Shown here in pieces: positions 1 to 11,262 of a stretch of 64,000 nucleotides of DNA (the stretch's first letter is position 1; each line of letters begins with the position of its first letter). Source of the stretch: SAR202 cluster bacterium. Lineage in GTDB: Bacteria > Chloroflexota > Dehalococcoidia > Lucifugimonadales > UBA6927. The notes under the pieces are model-generated. The model was not told where the DNA came from, made no database searches, and saw only the letters and a list, made by a program, of their open reading frames with translations. Where the stretch lies: contig JAKUTX010000001.1 of the NCBI GenBank assembly GCA_022447855.1, forward strand, positions 236,435 through 300,434, given 5' to 3'. The translations under genes were made by a program, and so were the position numbers.

Positions 1-1
1 C

Positions 2-1042
2 GCACTCGGTACCGGGATTCTAGGCACCGGGGGAGGATTCAATCCATATATAGGTTTATTACGTGCTCGAGAAATAATAAGAAAATATGGTCCTGTAAAA
101 GTACTACTCCCAGAAGAATTGACTGATAACGACAAAGTCGTATGCGTCGGGGGCATAGGAGCGCCTACTGTTGATATAGAAAAAATTAGAGGGACTGACT
201 CATATACAGCATTAAGGGCAATGGAAGACCAAACAAACACAAAAGCTACAGCGCTGATATCAGGAGAAATAGGAGGCGGGAATTCTATAGAACCAATTAT
301 AGCTGGTGCGATGGCAAACTTGCCAATTGTTGATGCTGATGGAATGGGCAGAGCTTTCCCTGAGCTACAAATGATCACATTTTTTATGTTTGGAGTTAGC
401 CACAACCCTACAATCATTTGCGATGAAAAAGGAAATATTTCCGTTTTCCCTAATTCAATAGATCCCGTATGGATGGAAAAAATGAGTCGAGCGGTATGTG
501 TCCAAATGGGTTCAATCGCTACATGGGCATTCGCCCCAATGACATCAAAAGAAGTACAAGACACCGCTATTCCCTACACTATGACACTGGCAAAAAAACT
601 AGGTGAATCAATTCTAAAGTCTCAATCAAATAAAACTGATCCAATAAATGCAATATTTGACACAATCCCTGGAGTAATTCTGTTTCAGGGGAAAATAGTA
701 GATGTGGAACGTAGGATTGTTGGAGGTTTCACCCGTGGAAATCTTTCTATAGAAGGAATGGATTCATTCTTGGGACAATCTATGGAAATCGATTTTCAAA
801 ACGAAAATCTGATTGCAAAAATTTCTGGCAACACGGTATGTACTGTGCCAGACCTAATATGCATCGTTGATACAGAACGCGGCGAGCCAATCACAACTGA
901 ATTACTAAGATACGGGTTTAGAGTTTCCGTCCTAGGATTACCTGCACCAGAGCTCTTAACGAGACCCGAGGCTCTTGCAGTAGTAGGACCAAAAGCATTT
1001 GGGTATGATGAGGACTTCAAACCACTGAGCGTAACTAAATAA
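2..1042 (+). CDS. DUF917-family protein (usual partner of hydantoinase-like enzymes); 5' end lies upstream of the window
   Basis: The frame is open from nt 2 into the track ORF at 119 (ALGTGILGTGGGFNPY...). Motifs SGEIGGGNS and DADGMGRAFPELQM match DUF917 as I remember it. A hydantoinase-like gene follows after 21 nt. Confidence 0.7.
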   Translation, partial: ALGTGILGTGGGFNPYIGLLRAREIIRKYGPVKVLLPEELTDNDKVVCVGGIGAPTVDIEKIRGTDSYTALRAMEDQTNTKATALISGEIGGGNSIEPIIAGAMANLPIVDADGMGRAFPELQMITFFMFGVSHNPTIICDEKGNISVFPNSIDPVWMEKMSRAVCVQMGSIATWAFAPMTSKEVQDTAIPYTMTLAKKLGESILKSQSNKTDPINAIFDTIPGVILFQGKIVDVERRIVGGFTRGNLSIEGMDSFLGQSMEIDFQNENLIAKISGNTVCTVPDLICIVDTERGEPITTELLRYGFRVSVLGLPAPELLTRPEALAVVGPKAFGYDEDFKPLSVTK

Positions 1043-1063
1043 ACTTTTAAGAGCGAGGGGAAA

Positions 1064-2611
1064 ATGCGAATAGGAATAGACGTCGGAGGAACAAATACTG
1101 ATGCAGTATTAATGGATGGAACGACGCTTATTGCACAAAAGAAAAGCCCAACAACATCTGATATTACTTCAGGGATTTTGTCTTCTATTGAATCAGTAAT
1201 AAATGATGGTCCTAAAGACACTAAAAACAGTCTACAGGCGATAATGTTAGGCACTACTCACTTTACAAATGCTTTACTGGAAAAACGCGGGTTATCTCCT
1301 ACTGGAGTATTGAGACTTTGTCTTCCTGCAACAACACTGCTACCGCCATTAGTAGACTGGCCCGAAGACCTTAAATCAGCCATCGGAGGATCACATTTTT
1401 TTGTACCAGGTGGACACGAATTCGATGGTCGCGAAATAGCCCCAATTGATCGAAAATCCATTGTGGAATCAGCCAAAAAAATGAAAAAAACTGGAATAGA
1501 AGCTCTTACTATTAGTGGCGTTTTTTCCCCAGTTAGTAACTCTCATGAGAAAGTAGCGCAAGAAATTATTAAAGAAGAGTATCCAGAATTAAACATTACA
1601 TTGTCATCAGAAATAGGAAGAATAGGGATACTTGAACGCGAAAATGCTGGTGCACTAAACGCAAGTTTAAGTAAAAATGCTCAAATGACAATTTCTGGCA
1701 TTAAAAACGCTTTGGTTTCTCAAGATATACATGCTCCATTGTTCCTAAGTCAAAACGATGGGACTCTAATGGATGCTGAGTTCGCAACTCGCTATCCTGT
1801 CTTCACTATCGCATCAGGTCCAACGAACAGTATGAGAGGAGCTGCGTTTTTGTCTAAAACTTCAAATGGTATTGTAGTTGACATCGGAGGAACTTCAACT
1901 GACGTTGGTGTATTAATAAATGGTTTTCCTCGAGAGGCTTCCATCGCAGTAGAAGTTGGCGGAGCTAGAACAAATTTTAGAATGCCTGATGTGATTTCTG
2001 TTGCAATAGGTGGAGGAAGTATTGTAAGTACCAACCCAATTGAAATCGGTCCAAAAAGTGTAGGATTTAAATTGATGGATGAAGCCTTAATATTTGGAGG
2101 AAAAACACCTACATCAACAGATTATATTGTTGCTAACAAAATGACAAAATTAGGCAATCCAGATTACGTGAAAAACTTGGATCGACAAACAGTCAAACAT
2201 GTTGCTAATCTCATCAAAGAACGAATAGAGACCACCATTGACCAAATGAAGCTGAATGCCGAGCCAGTACCTGTAATCCTTGTAGGTGGTGGCAGCATAC
2301 TGCTGGGTGATGAATTAAACGGTGCTTCATCGGTTATTCGTCCAACAAATGGAGATATAGCAAATGCTATTGGCGCTGCAATTGCTCAAGTTGGAGGCCA
2401 GGTTGAAAATGTGTATTCTCTAGACAAACTTACACGGCAAGAGGCGATGAATATGGCTCAAAGTGAAGCCATAAACAAAACAATATCCGCAGGTGGAGAT
2501 CCAGAAACTATAGAAATTGTAGAAATAGAAGAAATCCCTTTAACCTACCTTCCCAGTAATGCAGTAAGAATTAGAACCAAAGCAGTTGGCAACTTAATGG
2601 GAATTTCCTAG
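1064..2611 (+). CDS. Hydantoinase/oxoprolinase (HyuA-like) family protein
   Basis: MRIGIDVGGTNTD start plus a second VVDIGGTSTD loop (ASKHA-type phosphate loops of the hydantoinase A family). 515 aa. GAGGGG Shine-Dalgarno run just upstream. Confidence 0.8.
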   Translation: MRIGIDVGGTNTDAVLMDGTTLIAQKKSPTTSDITSGILSSIESVINDGPKDTKNSLQAIMLGTTHFTNALLEKRGLSPTGVLRLCLPATTLLPPLVDWPEDLKSAIGGSHFFVPGGHEFDGREIAPIDRKSIVESAKKMKKTGIEALTISGVFSPVSNSHEKVAQEIIKEEYPELNITLSSEIGRIGILERENAGALNASLSKNAQMTISGIKNALVSQDIHAPLFLSQNDGTLMDAEFATRYPVFTIASGPTNSMRGAAFLSKTSNGIVVDIGGTSTDVGVLINGFPREASIAVEVGGARTNFRMPDVISVAIGGGSIVSTNPIEIGPKSVGFKLMDEALIFGGKTPTSTDYIVANKMTKLGNPDYVKNLDRQTVKHVANLIKERIETTIDQMKLNAEPVPVILVGGGSILLGDELNGASSVIRPTNGDIANAIGAAIAQVGGQVENVYSLDKLTRQEAMNMAQSEAINKTISAGGDPETIEIVEIEEIPLTYLPSNAVRIRTKAVGNLMGIS

Positions 2612-2614
2612 TAG

Positions 2615-3934
2615 ATGTTTTCTCCGAGGCCAAAACGCATCTTTTATGGCTGGATTATAGTTGCATCAATGGCATTAATAAATTTTGCAGGAATGGCTAC
2701 TGGAAACCTGAACTTCGGATTATTTATCCCTCTTATGGAATCTGATCTCAACATCAGCAGAACGGCTTTCGGGTGGATGGATACTGCAAGAAGATTTACT
2801 GGAGGAGCTGCGAGCTATTTCGTTGGGAAAATCATCGACAAACATGGCGCACGAATATATATAGTCGTTGCCGCGATAATAATTGGATCATCAATGATAC
2901 TAATTGGTTTTTCGCAAAAATCTTGGCAACTAATATTGCTTTTTGGAATCATTGGACTTTCAGGACTAGCTGCACCAGGAGGCTTAGTCACTTCAGTCCC
3001 CGTTGCAAAATGGTTCTTTAAAAAACGTGGTATTGCAATTGCATTAGCATCCGTAGGATTAGGCCTTGGTGGAATAGTAATGCTACCTGCAACCCAAATA
3101 TTTATCGAAAACATTGGATGGCGCAACACATGGATTTTGTTAGCAATTATTTTCATGCTAATTACAATCCCTATATCTGCAATATTTCTAAGACGCCGGC
3201 CAGAAGATTTGGGACTAAAAGTTGATGGTGAATCTGCAAGCGAAAAAATCAATAATTCAAAAACCCTCTCCACAAAACAAATCGAAAAGACCGAAGAAGA
3301 AATTTCTTGGACTGTAAAAGACGCACTCCACACAAGAACATTTTGGATGCTCACAATTATATTTGCACTCGTTGGACTAGCCCAAGGGGGCGCGGGAGTT
3401 CACAGAATCCCATTTTGGATGGATAATGGATATGATGGACGAACTGTTGCCTTTGCGTTTTCTTTAGATGCTGCAGGAGCGGCATCCATGGCGATAATAT
3501 CAGGATGGGTAGCAGACAAACTACCTATAAGATATATTGCAACGTCTTCGTATAGCGGTTTTATTTTTGCATTGTTGTTAATGTTACTAACATCAAAAAT
3601 GCCTGAAAGCCCAACTTGGTTAGTTTTTGCTTCAAGTGGAATCTTTGGTCTTTCGGTTGGGGCTAACATGATTGTTACTGGATATATATTTGCAGCTTAT
3701 TTCGGGAGAGACTTTTTAGGAGCAATCCGCGGAATCACAATGCCAGTTCTATTAATTAGCGCAGGAATTGGCCCTCCAATAGTTGGATACATGTTCGAAA
3801 GTACCGGAAGCTATCAAATGGCTTGGTGGATTATGATTTTATTGTATGCGGCAGCAGCATCATTAGTAATTACAGTCCGCGCTCCCAAAAAAGCAATATC
3901 ACAAGAAGAAATTTCATCACAAATTACTCTTTAA
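2615..3934 (+). CDS. MFS-type transporter
   Basis: 439 aa, about 12 hydrophobic helices in two halves split by a charged loop (RRRPEDLGLKVDGES...). Begins 3 nt after the hydantoinase-like gene. Confidence 0.75.
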   Translation: MFSPRPKRIFYGWIIVASMALINFAGMATGNLNFGLFIPLMESDLNISRTAFGWMDTARRFTGGAASYFVGKIIDKHGARIYIVVAAIIIGSSMILIGFSQKSWQLILLFGIIGLSGLAAPGGLVTSVPVAKWFFKKRGIAIALASVGLGLGGIVMLPATQIFIENIGWRNTWILLAIIFMLITIPISAIFLRRRPEDLGLKVDGESASEKINNSKTLSTKQIEKTEEEISWTVKDALHTRTFWMLTIIFALVGLAQGGAGVHRIPFWMDNGYDGRTVAFAFSLDAAGAASMAIISGWVADKLPIRYIATSSYSGFIFALLLMLLTSKMPESPTWLVFASSGIFGLSVGANMIVTGYIFAAYFGRDFLGAIRGITMPVLLISAGIGPPIVGYMFESTGSYQMAWWIMILLYAAAASLVITVRAPKKAISQEEISSQITL

Positions 3935-3963
3935 CAAAAGCAACTAATAGCCCCATTTGTAGG

Positions 3964-3992
3964 TTGACATGCTAATTTATATCAAGTAAACT
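3964..3992 (+). promoter_or_regulatory. Putative sigma70-type promoter of the ribosomal supercluster
   Basis: TTGACA (3964-3969), 17-nt spacer, TAAACT (3987-3992), located 65 nt upstream of the rpsL ATG in the only sizeable gap before the cluster. Confidence 0.5.
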
Positions 3993-4057
3993 TTCTACTT
4001 GCGCCTAGAGCGTAAAGCTTGATTTATTATCCCAAGCAATATTAACAGGAATGACCT

Positions 4058-4468
4058 ATGCCTACAGTTAATCAATTGGTTAGAAAACCTAGAAGAAGGC
4101 GAACGAAGAAATTTAAGTCGCCAGCTTTAAGGTATTCATATAATTCACTAAAGAACCGTATGAGTGTGGACTCTGGGTCCCCTCAGCGAAGAGGCGTTTG
4201 CGTACAAGTAAGGACTCAAACCCCTAAGAAACCTAATTCTGCATTAAGAAAAGTAGCAAGGGTGAGACTGACCAATGGCATGGAAGTCACTGCATACATC
4301 CCTGGAGAGGGACACAACTTGCAGGAACACTCATTAGTACTCATAAGAGGCGGAAAAGTACGAGATCTTCCTGGTGTACGCTACCACATTGTTCGTGGTG
4401 CTCTTGATGCCGCGGGCGTAACGGGAAGAAAAAAGAGTCGTAGCAAATACGGCTCAAAAAAATCTTAG
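4058..4468 (+). CDS. rpsL: 30S ribosomal protein uS12
   Basis: [18 protein letters not shown] and [14 protein letters not shown] hallmarks. 136 aa because of an internal insert after PAL. Confidence 0.97.
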   Translation: MPTVNQLVRKPRRRRTKKFKSPALRYSYNSLKNRMSVDSGSPQRRGVCVQVRTQTPKKPNSALRKVARVRLTNGMEVTAYIPGEGHNLQEHSLVLIRGGKVRDLPGVRYHIVRGALDAAGVTGRKKSRSKYGSKKS

Positions 4469-4477
4469 GATTCAATC

Positions 4478-4948
4478 ATGGCTAGAAGAAGAAGAGCAGA
4501 AATAAGACCAGTTAAAGCTGACCCCAAATACGGGAGTGAAGATTTAAGCCGTTTCATCAATAGGGTAATGTTAAACGGAAAAAAAACTACTGCCCAAAGA
4601 ATAGTCTATGGTGCTCTGGATTTAGCAGAGCAAGAGATGAATCGTCCTGGCCTAGAAGTATTCCTTATGGCAGTAAGAAATGCTACTCCACAACTTGAAG
4701 TAAAATCTCGCCGAGTCGGAGGTGCAACTTACCAAGTTCCCACCGAAGTTCTGCCTTCTAGAAAATCTGCTTTAGCAATGCGCTGGATAATTACTGCTGC
4801 AAGAGGAAGAACTGGATCTGCGATGAAAGAATTACTAGCTCAAGAATTAATAGAAGCAGCTCGTGATCAAGGCGCAGCGGTAAGAAGAAAAGAAGAATTA
4901 CACAGAATGGCGGAGGCGAATCGAGCATTCGCGCATTACAAATGGTAA
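4478..4948 (+). CDS. rpsG: 30S ribosomal protein uS7
   Basis: [12 protein letters not shown] core and [14 protein letters not shown]-terminus. Conserved position after rpsL. Confidence 0.97.
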   Translation: MARRRRAEIRPVKADPKYGSEDLSRFINRVMLNGKKTTAQRIVYGALDLAEQEMNRPGLEVFLMAVRNATPQLEVKSRRVGGATYQVPTEVLPSRKSALAMRWIITAARGRTGSAMKELLAQELIEAARDQGAAVRRKEELHRMAEANRAFAHYKW

Positions 4949-7041
4949 CACCAACTACATCAGAATCTCCCAAATTTAAAAAGGCGTCTAACATATCTCA
5001 GGAAAACGTTAGGAATATTGGCTTCATTGCTCACATCGATGCAGGTAAAACTACCGTTACAGAGCGAGTATTATTTTTCTGTGGAAGAACTCATAAAGTT
5101 GGCGGTGTTGACGATGGAACTACTGTCACCGACTGGATGGAGCAGGAACGCGAAAGAGGAATAACCATCACTTCAGCTGCTACAGCTGCAGATTGGAAAT
5201 CTTACTCGATAAATATCATTGACACTCCCGGACACGTTGATTTCACAGCAGAAGTTGAGCGAAGCCTGCGAGTTCTTGATGGTGGTGTGGTTGTATTTGA
5301 TGCTGTTGCAGGAGTTCAGCCGCAATCTGAAACCGTATGGAGACAAGCTGATAGATACAACGTTCCTCGCATTTGTTTCGTCAATAAAATGGATCGAGTT
5401 GGTGCTTCGTTCGAACGCACCATTAAAAGTATCATCGATAGGCTTTCGGCTAACCCTGTCCCTGTTCAGATACCTATAGGCGTAGAGGAAAATTTCTCAG
5501 GTGTAATCGACTTGGTTGACCAAAAAGCTATATTCTTTCCAGAAGAAATTACAGACGAAATAAAAATCGGTGATATTCCTGCTGAATTAATGGATGATTT
5601 TAATAAATATAGAGAACAATTAATCGAAAAGGTCTCAGAAGTAAATGACGACTTGTTGGAAAAATATCTTGACGGTGAATCTATTTCAAACGAAGAATTA
5701 AAATCCGGGATACGAATGGCTACAATTGCCAATCAGATAGTGCCTGTGCTTTGCGGAACAGCCTTAAAGCATAAAGGCATACCCCCGCTTTTGGATGCGG
5801 TTGGTGACTACTTACCTTCGCCAAAAGATATTGATGCAATCAGTGGGAAATCATATAAAGAAGATACTGAAATTACACGTGAGTCTGATGAAAATGCACC
5901 GTTCTCGGCATTAGCATTTAAATCAGTCCCTGACCCATTCATTGGTCGACTTGTCTACCTTCGAGTGTATTCGGGGTCAATTGAATCTGGGTCAAGTGTT
6001 TTTAATTCCACTCAGGGAATTCGAGAAAGACTCGGCAGGGTCGTGAAAATGCATGCTAATGATCGAGAGGATCTAGAGACCATACGTGCTGGAGATATAG
6101 TAGCTGCTGTTGGACTAAAGAATACCACCACTGGCGACACAATATGCGACCAAGACAAGCCAATAGTCCTTGAGCAAATCAGCTTTCCTGAACCCGTAAT
6201 CTCTATGGCCATTGAAGCCAAAACGCGTAGTGACCAAGACAAATTAGGTGATGCGTTATACAAAATGGCAGATGAAGATCCGACATTTAAAGTTTCGTTT
6301 GATTCCGAAGCTGCTCAAACTGTGATGTCGGGAATGGGTGAGTTGCATTTAGAGATAGCAGTTGACCGAATGCGTCGAGAATATGGTGTAGATTCCAATG
6401 TTGGTAAACCAAAAGTTGCATACAGAGAAGCCTTAAAGGCATTAGCAAAAGCCGAGGCTAGGTTCGTAAGGCAATCTGGAGGTCACGGTCAATTTGGGCA
6501 TGTTATTTTAGAGCTTGAACCTCTTGAGAGAGGTACCGGAGTTGAATTTGAAAGTAAAGTTGTAGGCGGTAATATTCCTAATGAATATATACCATCTGTC
6601 GAACACGGCGTTCGTGAAGCATTAAAAACAGGTCCCATTTCAGGACATCCAGTTTTGGATGTGAAAATCACGCTATTGGATGGAAGTTATCATGATGTTG
6701 ACTCATCCAAAGTGGCATTTGAAATAGCTGGCTCAATGGCTGCTAAATCAGCTATGTCCAGAGGTAAAATGGCTCTTCTAGAACCTGTAATGTCTCTTGA
6801 AGTAATAACACCTGAAGAATTCCTCGGAGATGTACTTTCTGACTTGGGAAAACGCAGAGCTCAAATTGGAGGACTAGAGGGAGAAAATGACGTTCAAATT
6901 GTCAAAGCTAATATCCCTCTTGGGGAGAGCTTTGGGTATGCAAGCACTCTTAGATCTCTAACACAAGGCAGGGCTTCCTACACGATTGAGTTCCATCAAT
7001 ATGAAGAAACATCGGCCTCAATAATCGAAAAGAATGAATAG
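4942..7041 (+). CDS. fusA: Translation elongation factor G
   Basis: G motifs [17 protein letters not shown] and NKMD. 699 aa. The start overlaps the rpsG stop by 7 nt. Confidence 0.96.
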   Translation: MVTPTTSESPKFKKASNISQENVRNIGFIAHIDAGKTTVTERVLFFCGRTHKVGGVDDGTTVTDWMEQERERGITITSAATAADWKSYSINIIDTPGHVDFTAEVERSLRVLDGGVVVFDAVAGVQPQSETVWRQADRYNVPRICFVNKMDRVGASFERTIKSIIDRLSANPVPVQIPIGVEENFSGVIDLVDQKAIFFPEEITDEIKIGDIPAELMDDFNKYREQLIEKVSEVNDDLLEKYLDGESISNEELKSGIRMATIANQIVPVLCGTALKHKGIPPLLDAVGDYLPSPKDIDAISGKSYKEDTEITRESDENAPFSALAFKSVPDPFIGRLVYLRVYSGSIESGSSVFNSTQGIRERLGRVVKMHANDREDLETIRAGDIVAAVGLKNTTTGDTICDQDKPIVLEQISFPEPVISMAIEAKTRSDQDKLGDALYKMADEDPTFKVSFDSEAAQTVMSGMGELHLEIAVDRMRREYGVDSNVGKPKVAYREALKALAKAEARFVRQSGGHGQFGHVILELEPLERGTGVEFESKVVGGNIPNEYIPSVEHGVREALKTGPISGHPVLDVKITLLDGSYHDVDSSKVAFEIAGSMAAKSAMSRGKMALLEPVMSLEVITPEEFLGDVLSDLGKRRAQIGGLEGENDVQIVKANIPLGESFGYASTLRSLTQGRASYTIEFHQYEETSASIIEKNE

Positions 7042-7055
7042 GAAAATTTTTTAAG

Positions 7056-7367
7056 ATGGTAACTCAAAATAGACTAAGAATTATTCTCAAAGCATTCGAG
7101 CATCGAATACTAGATCAGTCTGCAACTCAAATTGTTGAAGCTGCTGAACGTACAGGAGCAAGAGTTTCTGGACCTATCCCTCTACCAACAACCATTAAAA
7201 GGTTTTGTGTAATTCGAGGGCCCCACGTTCACAAAAAAGGGCGTGAACATTTTGAAATACGTACCCACAATCGATTAATTTATATAGACAATCCCGAAGC
7301 AAGGACAATTGATTCACTTACGAAACTTAATGTCCCTGCAGGCGTGGATGTTACTATCAAAACTTAA
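7056..7367 (+). CDS. rpsJ: 30S ribosomal protein uS10
   Basis: [15 protein letters not shown]...GPIPLPT pattern. 103 aa. First gene of an S10-operon order. Confidence 0.97.
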   Translation: MVTQNRLRIILKAFEHRILDQSATQIVEAAERTGARVSGPIPLPTTIKRFCVIRGPHVHKKGREHFEIRTHNRLIYIDNPEARTIDSLTKLNVPAGVDVTIKT

Positions 7368-7381
7368 ACTGAGATCATAAT

Positions 7382-8008
7382 ATGGCTATCACACAAATTT
7401 TAGGAAAGAAAATTGGGACCACACAAGTCTTCCGCGAAGACGGATCTGCTGACTGTGTAACCGCAATTCAAGTTTCTCCATGTACAGTTACTCAAATCAA
7501 ATCATCCTCAATTGATGGATATGAAAGTGTGCAATTAGGATTTGAAACGGTTAAGAAATCTACAAAACCCAAAATTGGTCACTTCAAGAAGTCTTCTGAT
7601 GAATTGTTCAGATATCTTCGAGAGGTCAGGTCAGATGGAACTGAAGACATTAATATTGGAGATAAATTTGATTCTTCTATATTTGAGCCAGGAGAACGCC
7701 TAAATATCACTGGGATTTCAAAAGGAAGAGGATTTCAAGGCGGTGTCAAGCGGCACCATTTCAGAGGTGGCCCCAAAACACATGGACAATCTGATAGGCA
7801 TAGAGCTCCAGGATCAATTGGTGCTGGAACCTCTCCCGGAAAAGTCCTAAAAGGATTGAAAATGGCAGGCCATATGGGAAATGTTAAAATTACTGTCAAA
7901 AATCTTGAAGTGGTTTCAGTAGATGTTGAAAAAAATGCTCTCCTTGTCAAGGGAGCCGTTCCTGGTGCTCGACAGGGTTTGCTTTTATTATCAAAGAGAG
8001 GTAAGTAA
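7382..8008 (+). CDS. rplC: 50S ribosomal protein uL3
   Basis: GRGFQGGVKRHHFRGGPKTHGQS signature. Confidence 0.97.
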   Translation: MAITQILGKKIGTTQVFREDGSADCVTAIQVSPCTVTQIKSSSIDGYESVQLGFETVKKSTKPKIGHFKKSSDELFRYLREVRSDGTEDINIGDKFDSSIFEPGERLNITGISKGRGFQGGVKRHHFRGGPKTHGQSDRHRAPGSIGAGTSPGKVLKGLKMAGHMGNVKITVKNLEVVSVDVEKNALLVKGAVPGARQGLLLLSKRGK

Positions 8009-8011
8009 CTT

Positions 8012-8692
8012 ATGGAACTAACTCTCAAAAATATTAATGGTGAAAATCTTGGCAGCATCGAAGTCAGAGACGACGTTTTTAATATTGACATGAACCAACC
8101 TTTACTGCACCAAGTCATTGTGGCTCAACTGGCAAATAAGCGACAAGGAACTGCTAAAGTAAAAACCCGTTCTGAAGTTTCGGGCGGAGGTGCCAAACCA
8201 AGACCCCAAAAACATACAGGACGATCTAGGCAAGGATCTATTCGTTCCCCATTATGGCGCAAAGGAGGAGTGACATTTGGTCCATCTCCCAGAGATTATT
8301 CACAAAGAACGCCCAAGCGGGTTAAGCGACAAGCACTGAAAATAGTTCTTTCGGACAAGGCCCGTGAAAACAGAATCACAATTTTAGATAAAATTGGAAT
8401 CGACAACCCTAAAACCAAATCAATGTTAAATTTGCTAAAGACACTAGATATAGAGCCTTCAACATTAATGGTTTTAGATGGAGAGAATACTGATATTTAC
8501 AGAACCATCAACAATATTCCAAAAGTTAAATGTTTACCATCTTCTGCGCTAAATCCTTTAGATTTATTAAATGCAAGATCAATAGTCGCAACGTTGGATT
8601 CAATTCGAAATATTGAGAGTTTATGGGGCGGTAATTTTGATAGATTCAAAAATCGTAACAGTAATGAAATAGAAATATCGGACAAAAAATAA
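8012..8692 (+). CDS. rplD: 50S ribosomal protein uL4
   Basis: GGGAKPRPQKHTGRSRQGS motif. 226 aa, with a C-terminal tail longer than the E. coli protein. Confidence 0.95.
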   Translation: MELTLKNINGENLGSIEVRDDVFNIDMNQPLLHQVIVAQLANKRQGTAKVKTRSEVSGGGAKPRPQKHTGRSRQGSIRSPLWRKGGVTFGPSPRDYSQRTPKRVKRQALKIVLSDKARENRITILDKIGIDNPKTKSMLNLLKTLDIEPSTLMVLDGENTDIYRTINNIPKVKCLPSSALNPLDLLNARSIVATLDSIRNIESLWGGNFDRFKNRNSNEIEISDKK

Positions 8693-8985
8693 TGGATCAT
8701 AATTCATACAACATACTTAGAAAACCCGTAGTAACAGAAAAAAGCACCCTTATAATGGAGTCTTCTAATAGATATACCTTTGAGGTACTGCCTTCTGCAA
8801 CCAAATTACAAATCAAACATGCTGTACAACAAGCTTTTGGGGTAGATGTAGTGCAAGTAAACACTATGAATATACGTGGGAAAAGAAAAAGATACGGACC
8901 AAGATTTTCTATTAAACCTTCTCGAAAAAAAGCTATTGTAACTATCGCTGATGGCCAAAGTATAACTATATTTGAGGGGGTTTAA
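8692..8985 (+). CDS. rplW: 50S ribosomal protein uL23
   Basis: ILRKPVVTEKS N-terminus. The ATG shares one base with the rplD TAA. Confidence 0.96.
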   Translation: MDHNSYNILRKPVVTEKSTLIMESSNRYTFEVLPSATKLQIKHAVQQAFGVDVVQVNTMNIRGKRKRYGPRFSIKPSRKKAIVTIADGQSITIFEGV

Positions 8986-8989
8986 TTAA

Positions 8990-9820
8990 ATGCCACTTAA
9001 AACAAGAAAACCCTTAACCCCTGGACAAAGGGGTATGGTCCAGCAAACCACTGAAGATATTACTACTTCAAAACCCAAGAAATCTCTACTTAAACCACTA
9101 AAAAAACATGGTGGTAGAAGTAGGAATGGTCGACTTACAGTCCGTCATCGCGGAGGAGGACATAAACGTAGGCTTCGTGAAATTGATTTCAAGCGAAATA
9201 AATTTGATGTGCCAGGAACTGTTCACTCTATAGAATACGATCCAAATCGGTCTGCAAGAATTGCTCTAATTAAGTATCGCGACGGAGATTGGAGATACAT
9301 CCTAGCTCCTAATGGATTAAAAGTTGGAAATATAATTCAAGCAGGCGAAAATGCTGAAGTTAAAGTTGGCAATTCACTTCCTTTAAAATCAATACCTGTC
9401 GGAACCATGGTACATAATATCGAACTATATCCAGGTAAAGGCGGGCAAATAGTTCGCAGCGCTGGAACTTCTGCCCAGGTAATGGCAAGAGATGAAAAAT
9501 ACACTTTAATAAATTTACCGTCGGGTGAAACAAGGCAAGTGTTAACAACAAATATGGCTACTATTGGCCAAGTTAGCGCAGTAGATCATAAAAATACCAA
9601 ACTTGGAAAAGCTGGCCGAAAAAGGCATATCGGAAGACGACCCGAAGTACGTGGAGTTGTAATGTCACCACGAGACCATCCACATGGTGGTGGAGAAGGA
9701 AGATCGCCTATAGGTATGCCAGGACCAAAAACTCCTTGGGGAAAACCCGCGTTAGGGTATAGAACAAGACGCAAAAAATCTAGTGATCGATTAATAGTTA
9801 GAAGAAGGTATCAAAAATAA
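8990..9820 (+). CDS. rplB: 50S ribosomal protein uL2
   Basis: [12 protein letters not shown] and [13 protein letters not shown] motifs. Confidence 0.97.
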   Translation: MPLKTRKPLTPGQRGMVQQTTEDITTSKPKKSLLKPLKKHGGRSRNGRLTVRHRGGGHKRRLREIDFKRNKFDVPGTVHSIEYDPNRSARIALIKYRDGDWRYILAPNGLKVGNIIQAGENAEVKVGNSLPLKSIPVGTMVHNIELYPGKGGQIVRSAGTSAQVMARDEKYTLINLPSGETRQVLTTNMATIGQVSAVDHKNTKLGKAGRKRHIGRRPEVRGVVMSPRDHPHGGGEGRSPIGMPGPKTPWGKPALGYRTRRKKSSDRLIVRRRYQK

Positions 9821-9821
9821 A

Positions 9822-10106
9822 ATGTCGAGATCAATCAAAAAAGGTCCATACGTTGACGAGAAACTTGCACGCAAGATAACAGCTGCTCAATCAAGCCGTT
9901 CACAACAGGTGATAAGAACTTGGTCCAGAGCATCTACTATTATGCCAGATATGTTAGGACTGACTATAGCTGTACACGATGGTCGCAGGCATGTCCCTCT
10001 TTTCATCACAGAAAATATGGTTGGACACAAATTAGGAGAATTCGCTCCTACTAGAACATTCCGAGGACATAGTTCTCGATCTGAAAGGATTACTAGCGCG
10101 AGCTAA
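9822..10106 (+). CDS. rpsS: 30S ribosomal protein uS19
   Basis: [12 protein letters not shown] start and [12 protein letters not shown] motif. Confidence 0.97.
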   Translation: MSRSIKKGPYVDEKLARKITAAQSSRSQQVIRTWSRASTIMPDMLGLTIAVHDGRRHVPLFITENMVGHKLGEFAPTRTFRGHSSRSERITSAS

Positions 10107-10121
10107 ATACGGAGAACTATT

Positions 10122-10472
10122 ATGCCAATTCGAGCTTTATCAAAAAATACAGGAATCCCAACTACTAAAATCAAACCTTATGTTGATTTGGTACGGGGTA
10201 AAAAAGTTGAAGATGCCTTAAGAGAATTAAGTGCTCTACCTTCTCCAGCAGCTGAAAGGGTTGCAAAGGTGATAAAATCTGCAGCCTCCAATGCTGAAAA
10301 TGAACTAATGTCTAGAATCTCTGATCTAAAGATCGTTGAAGCATACGCTAACGAAGGTCCTACATTAAAGAGATTCCGAGCAAGAGCAAGGGGACGTGCA
10401 TTTAGAATCTTAAAGAGGAGTAGCCACGTGACAGTTGTGGTAGATGACTCCGAAGCAAGGGAGGATATGTAA
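10122..10472 (+). CDS. rplV: 50S ribosomal protein uL22
   Basis: 116 aa. PTLKRFRARARGRA motif. Conserved position between rpsS and rpsC. Confidence 0.95.
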   Translation: MPIRALSKNTGIPTTKIKPYVDLVRGKKVEDALRELSALPSPAAERVAKVIKSAASNAENELMSRISDLKIVEAYANEGPTLKRFRARARGRAFRILKRSSHVTVVVDDSEAREDM

Positions 10473-10473
10473 G

Positions 10474-11262
10474 TTGGGACATAAAACTCATGCAACTGGA
10501 TTCCGTATAGGAATAGTCAAAGATTGGCAATCCAAATGGTTTGCTGTCAAACATGCAGATTATAGATCCATGATTTTAGAAGACAGCAAAATACGTGACT
10601 CAATATTATCAAGATACTCAGATGCCGGCATATCCAGGGTAGATATAGAAAGAAACCGTGATGACTTAACTATAACAATTCACACAGCTCGGCCTGGAAT
10701 TGTTATTGGTAGAGGAGGGCAAAGAGTTGAAGAGTTGAGACGTGAACTTGTCGAACTGACTAGCCGCAGAGCTGTTCGGCTGAACGTACAAGAAATCAGA
10801 CAACCCGAATTGGATGCTTATCTAGTAGGCAGGAATGTAGCTGATCAACTAGAAAGAAGAATTGCTTTTCGCCGGGCTATTAAGCAGGCAGCAGGCCGAA
10901 CTATGCAAGCCGGGGCAAAAGGAGTGAAAATTATTGCCTCTGGAAGATTAGCTGGCGCAGAAATTGCTCGAGCTGAAAAAGTTCTCGAAGGCCGAGTCCC
11001 ATTACATACTCTTAGAGCCGATATAGACTACTCACTTGTGGAAGCCAAGACTGAATATGGCACGATTGGCGTCAAAGTATGGATTTATAAAGGCGACATT
11101 CTTCAAACATCAATTTTGGAACCCGAAGAAGAGAATATTCAGCCTATCGAAGTTGTGTTAAGTGGCGAACAGTCCGCAAACCAATCTGACTCCAATACAG
11201 AAACATCTTCAGCTGAGTCACAAGATATTGGAGAGGAATCGAAGGAAAATGCTTCAACCTAA
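10474..11262 (+). CDS. rpsC: 30S ribosomal protein uS3
   Basis: [12 protein letters not shown]... KH-domain N-terminus. I place the start at TTG 10474, directly after the rplV TAA, with GGGAGGA at 10459-10465. The track start at 10444 would add 10 non-homologous residues. Confidence 0.9.
   Translation: MGHKTHATGFRIGIVKDWQSKWFAVKHADYRSMILEDSKIRDSILSRYSDAGISRVDIERNRDDLTITIHTARPGIVIGRGGQRVEELRRELVELTSRRAVRLNVQEIRQPELDAYLVGRNVADQLERRIAFRRAIKQAAGRTMQAGAKGVKIIASGRLAGAEIARAEKVLEGRVPLHTLRADIDYSLVEAKTEYGTIGVKVWIYKGDILQTSILEPEEENIQPIEVVLSGEQSANQSDSNTETSSAESQDIGEESKENAST

Noticed and set aside
10444-10473. N-terminal extensions implied by the longest-ORF starts: rpsC 10444, rplP 11162, rplF 14101, rpsM 19467, actB1 32934, GH105-like 50068, ThuA 50121, hydrolase 52937, 2-HADH 58288, SDR 60515, MaoC 62374, DtxR 25032.
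   Set aside because: The extensions overlap the upstream gene or add residues absent from the conserved family N-termini. Downstream ATG or TTG codons with SD-like purine runs give canonical N-termini.
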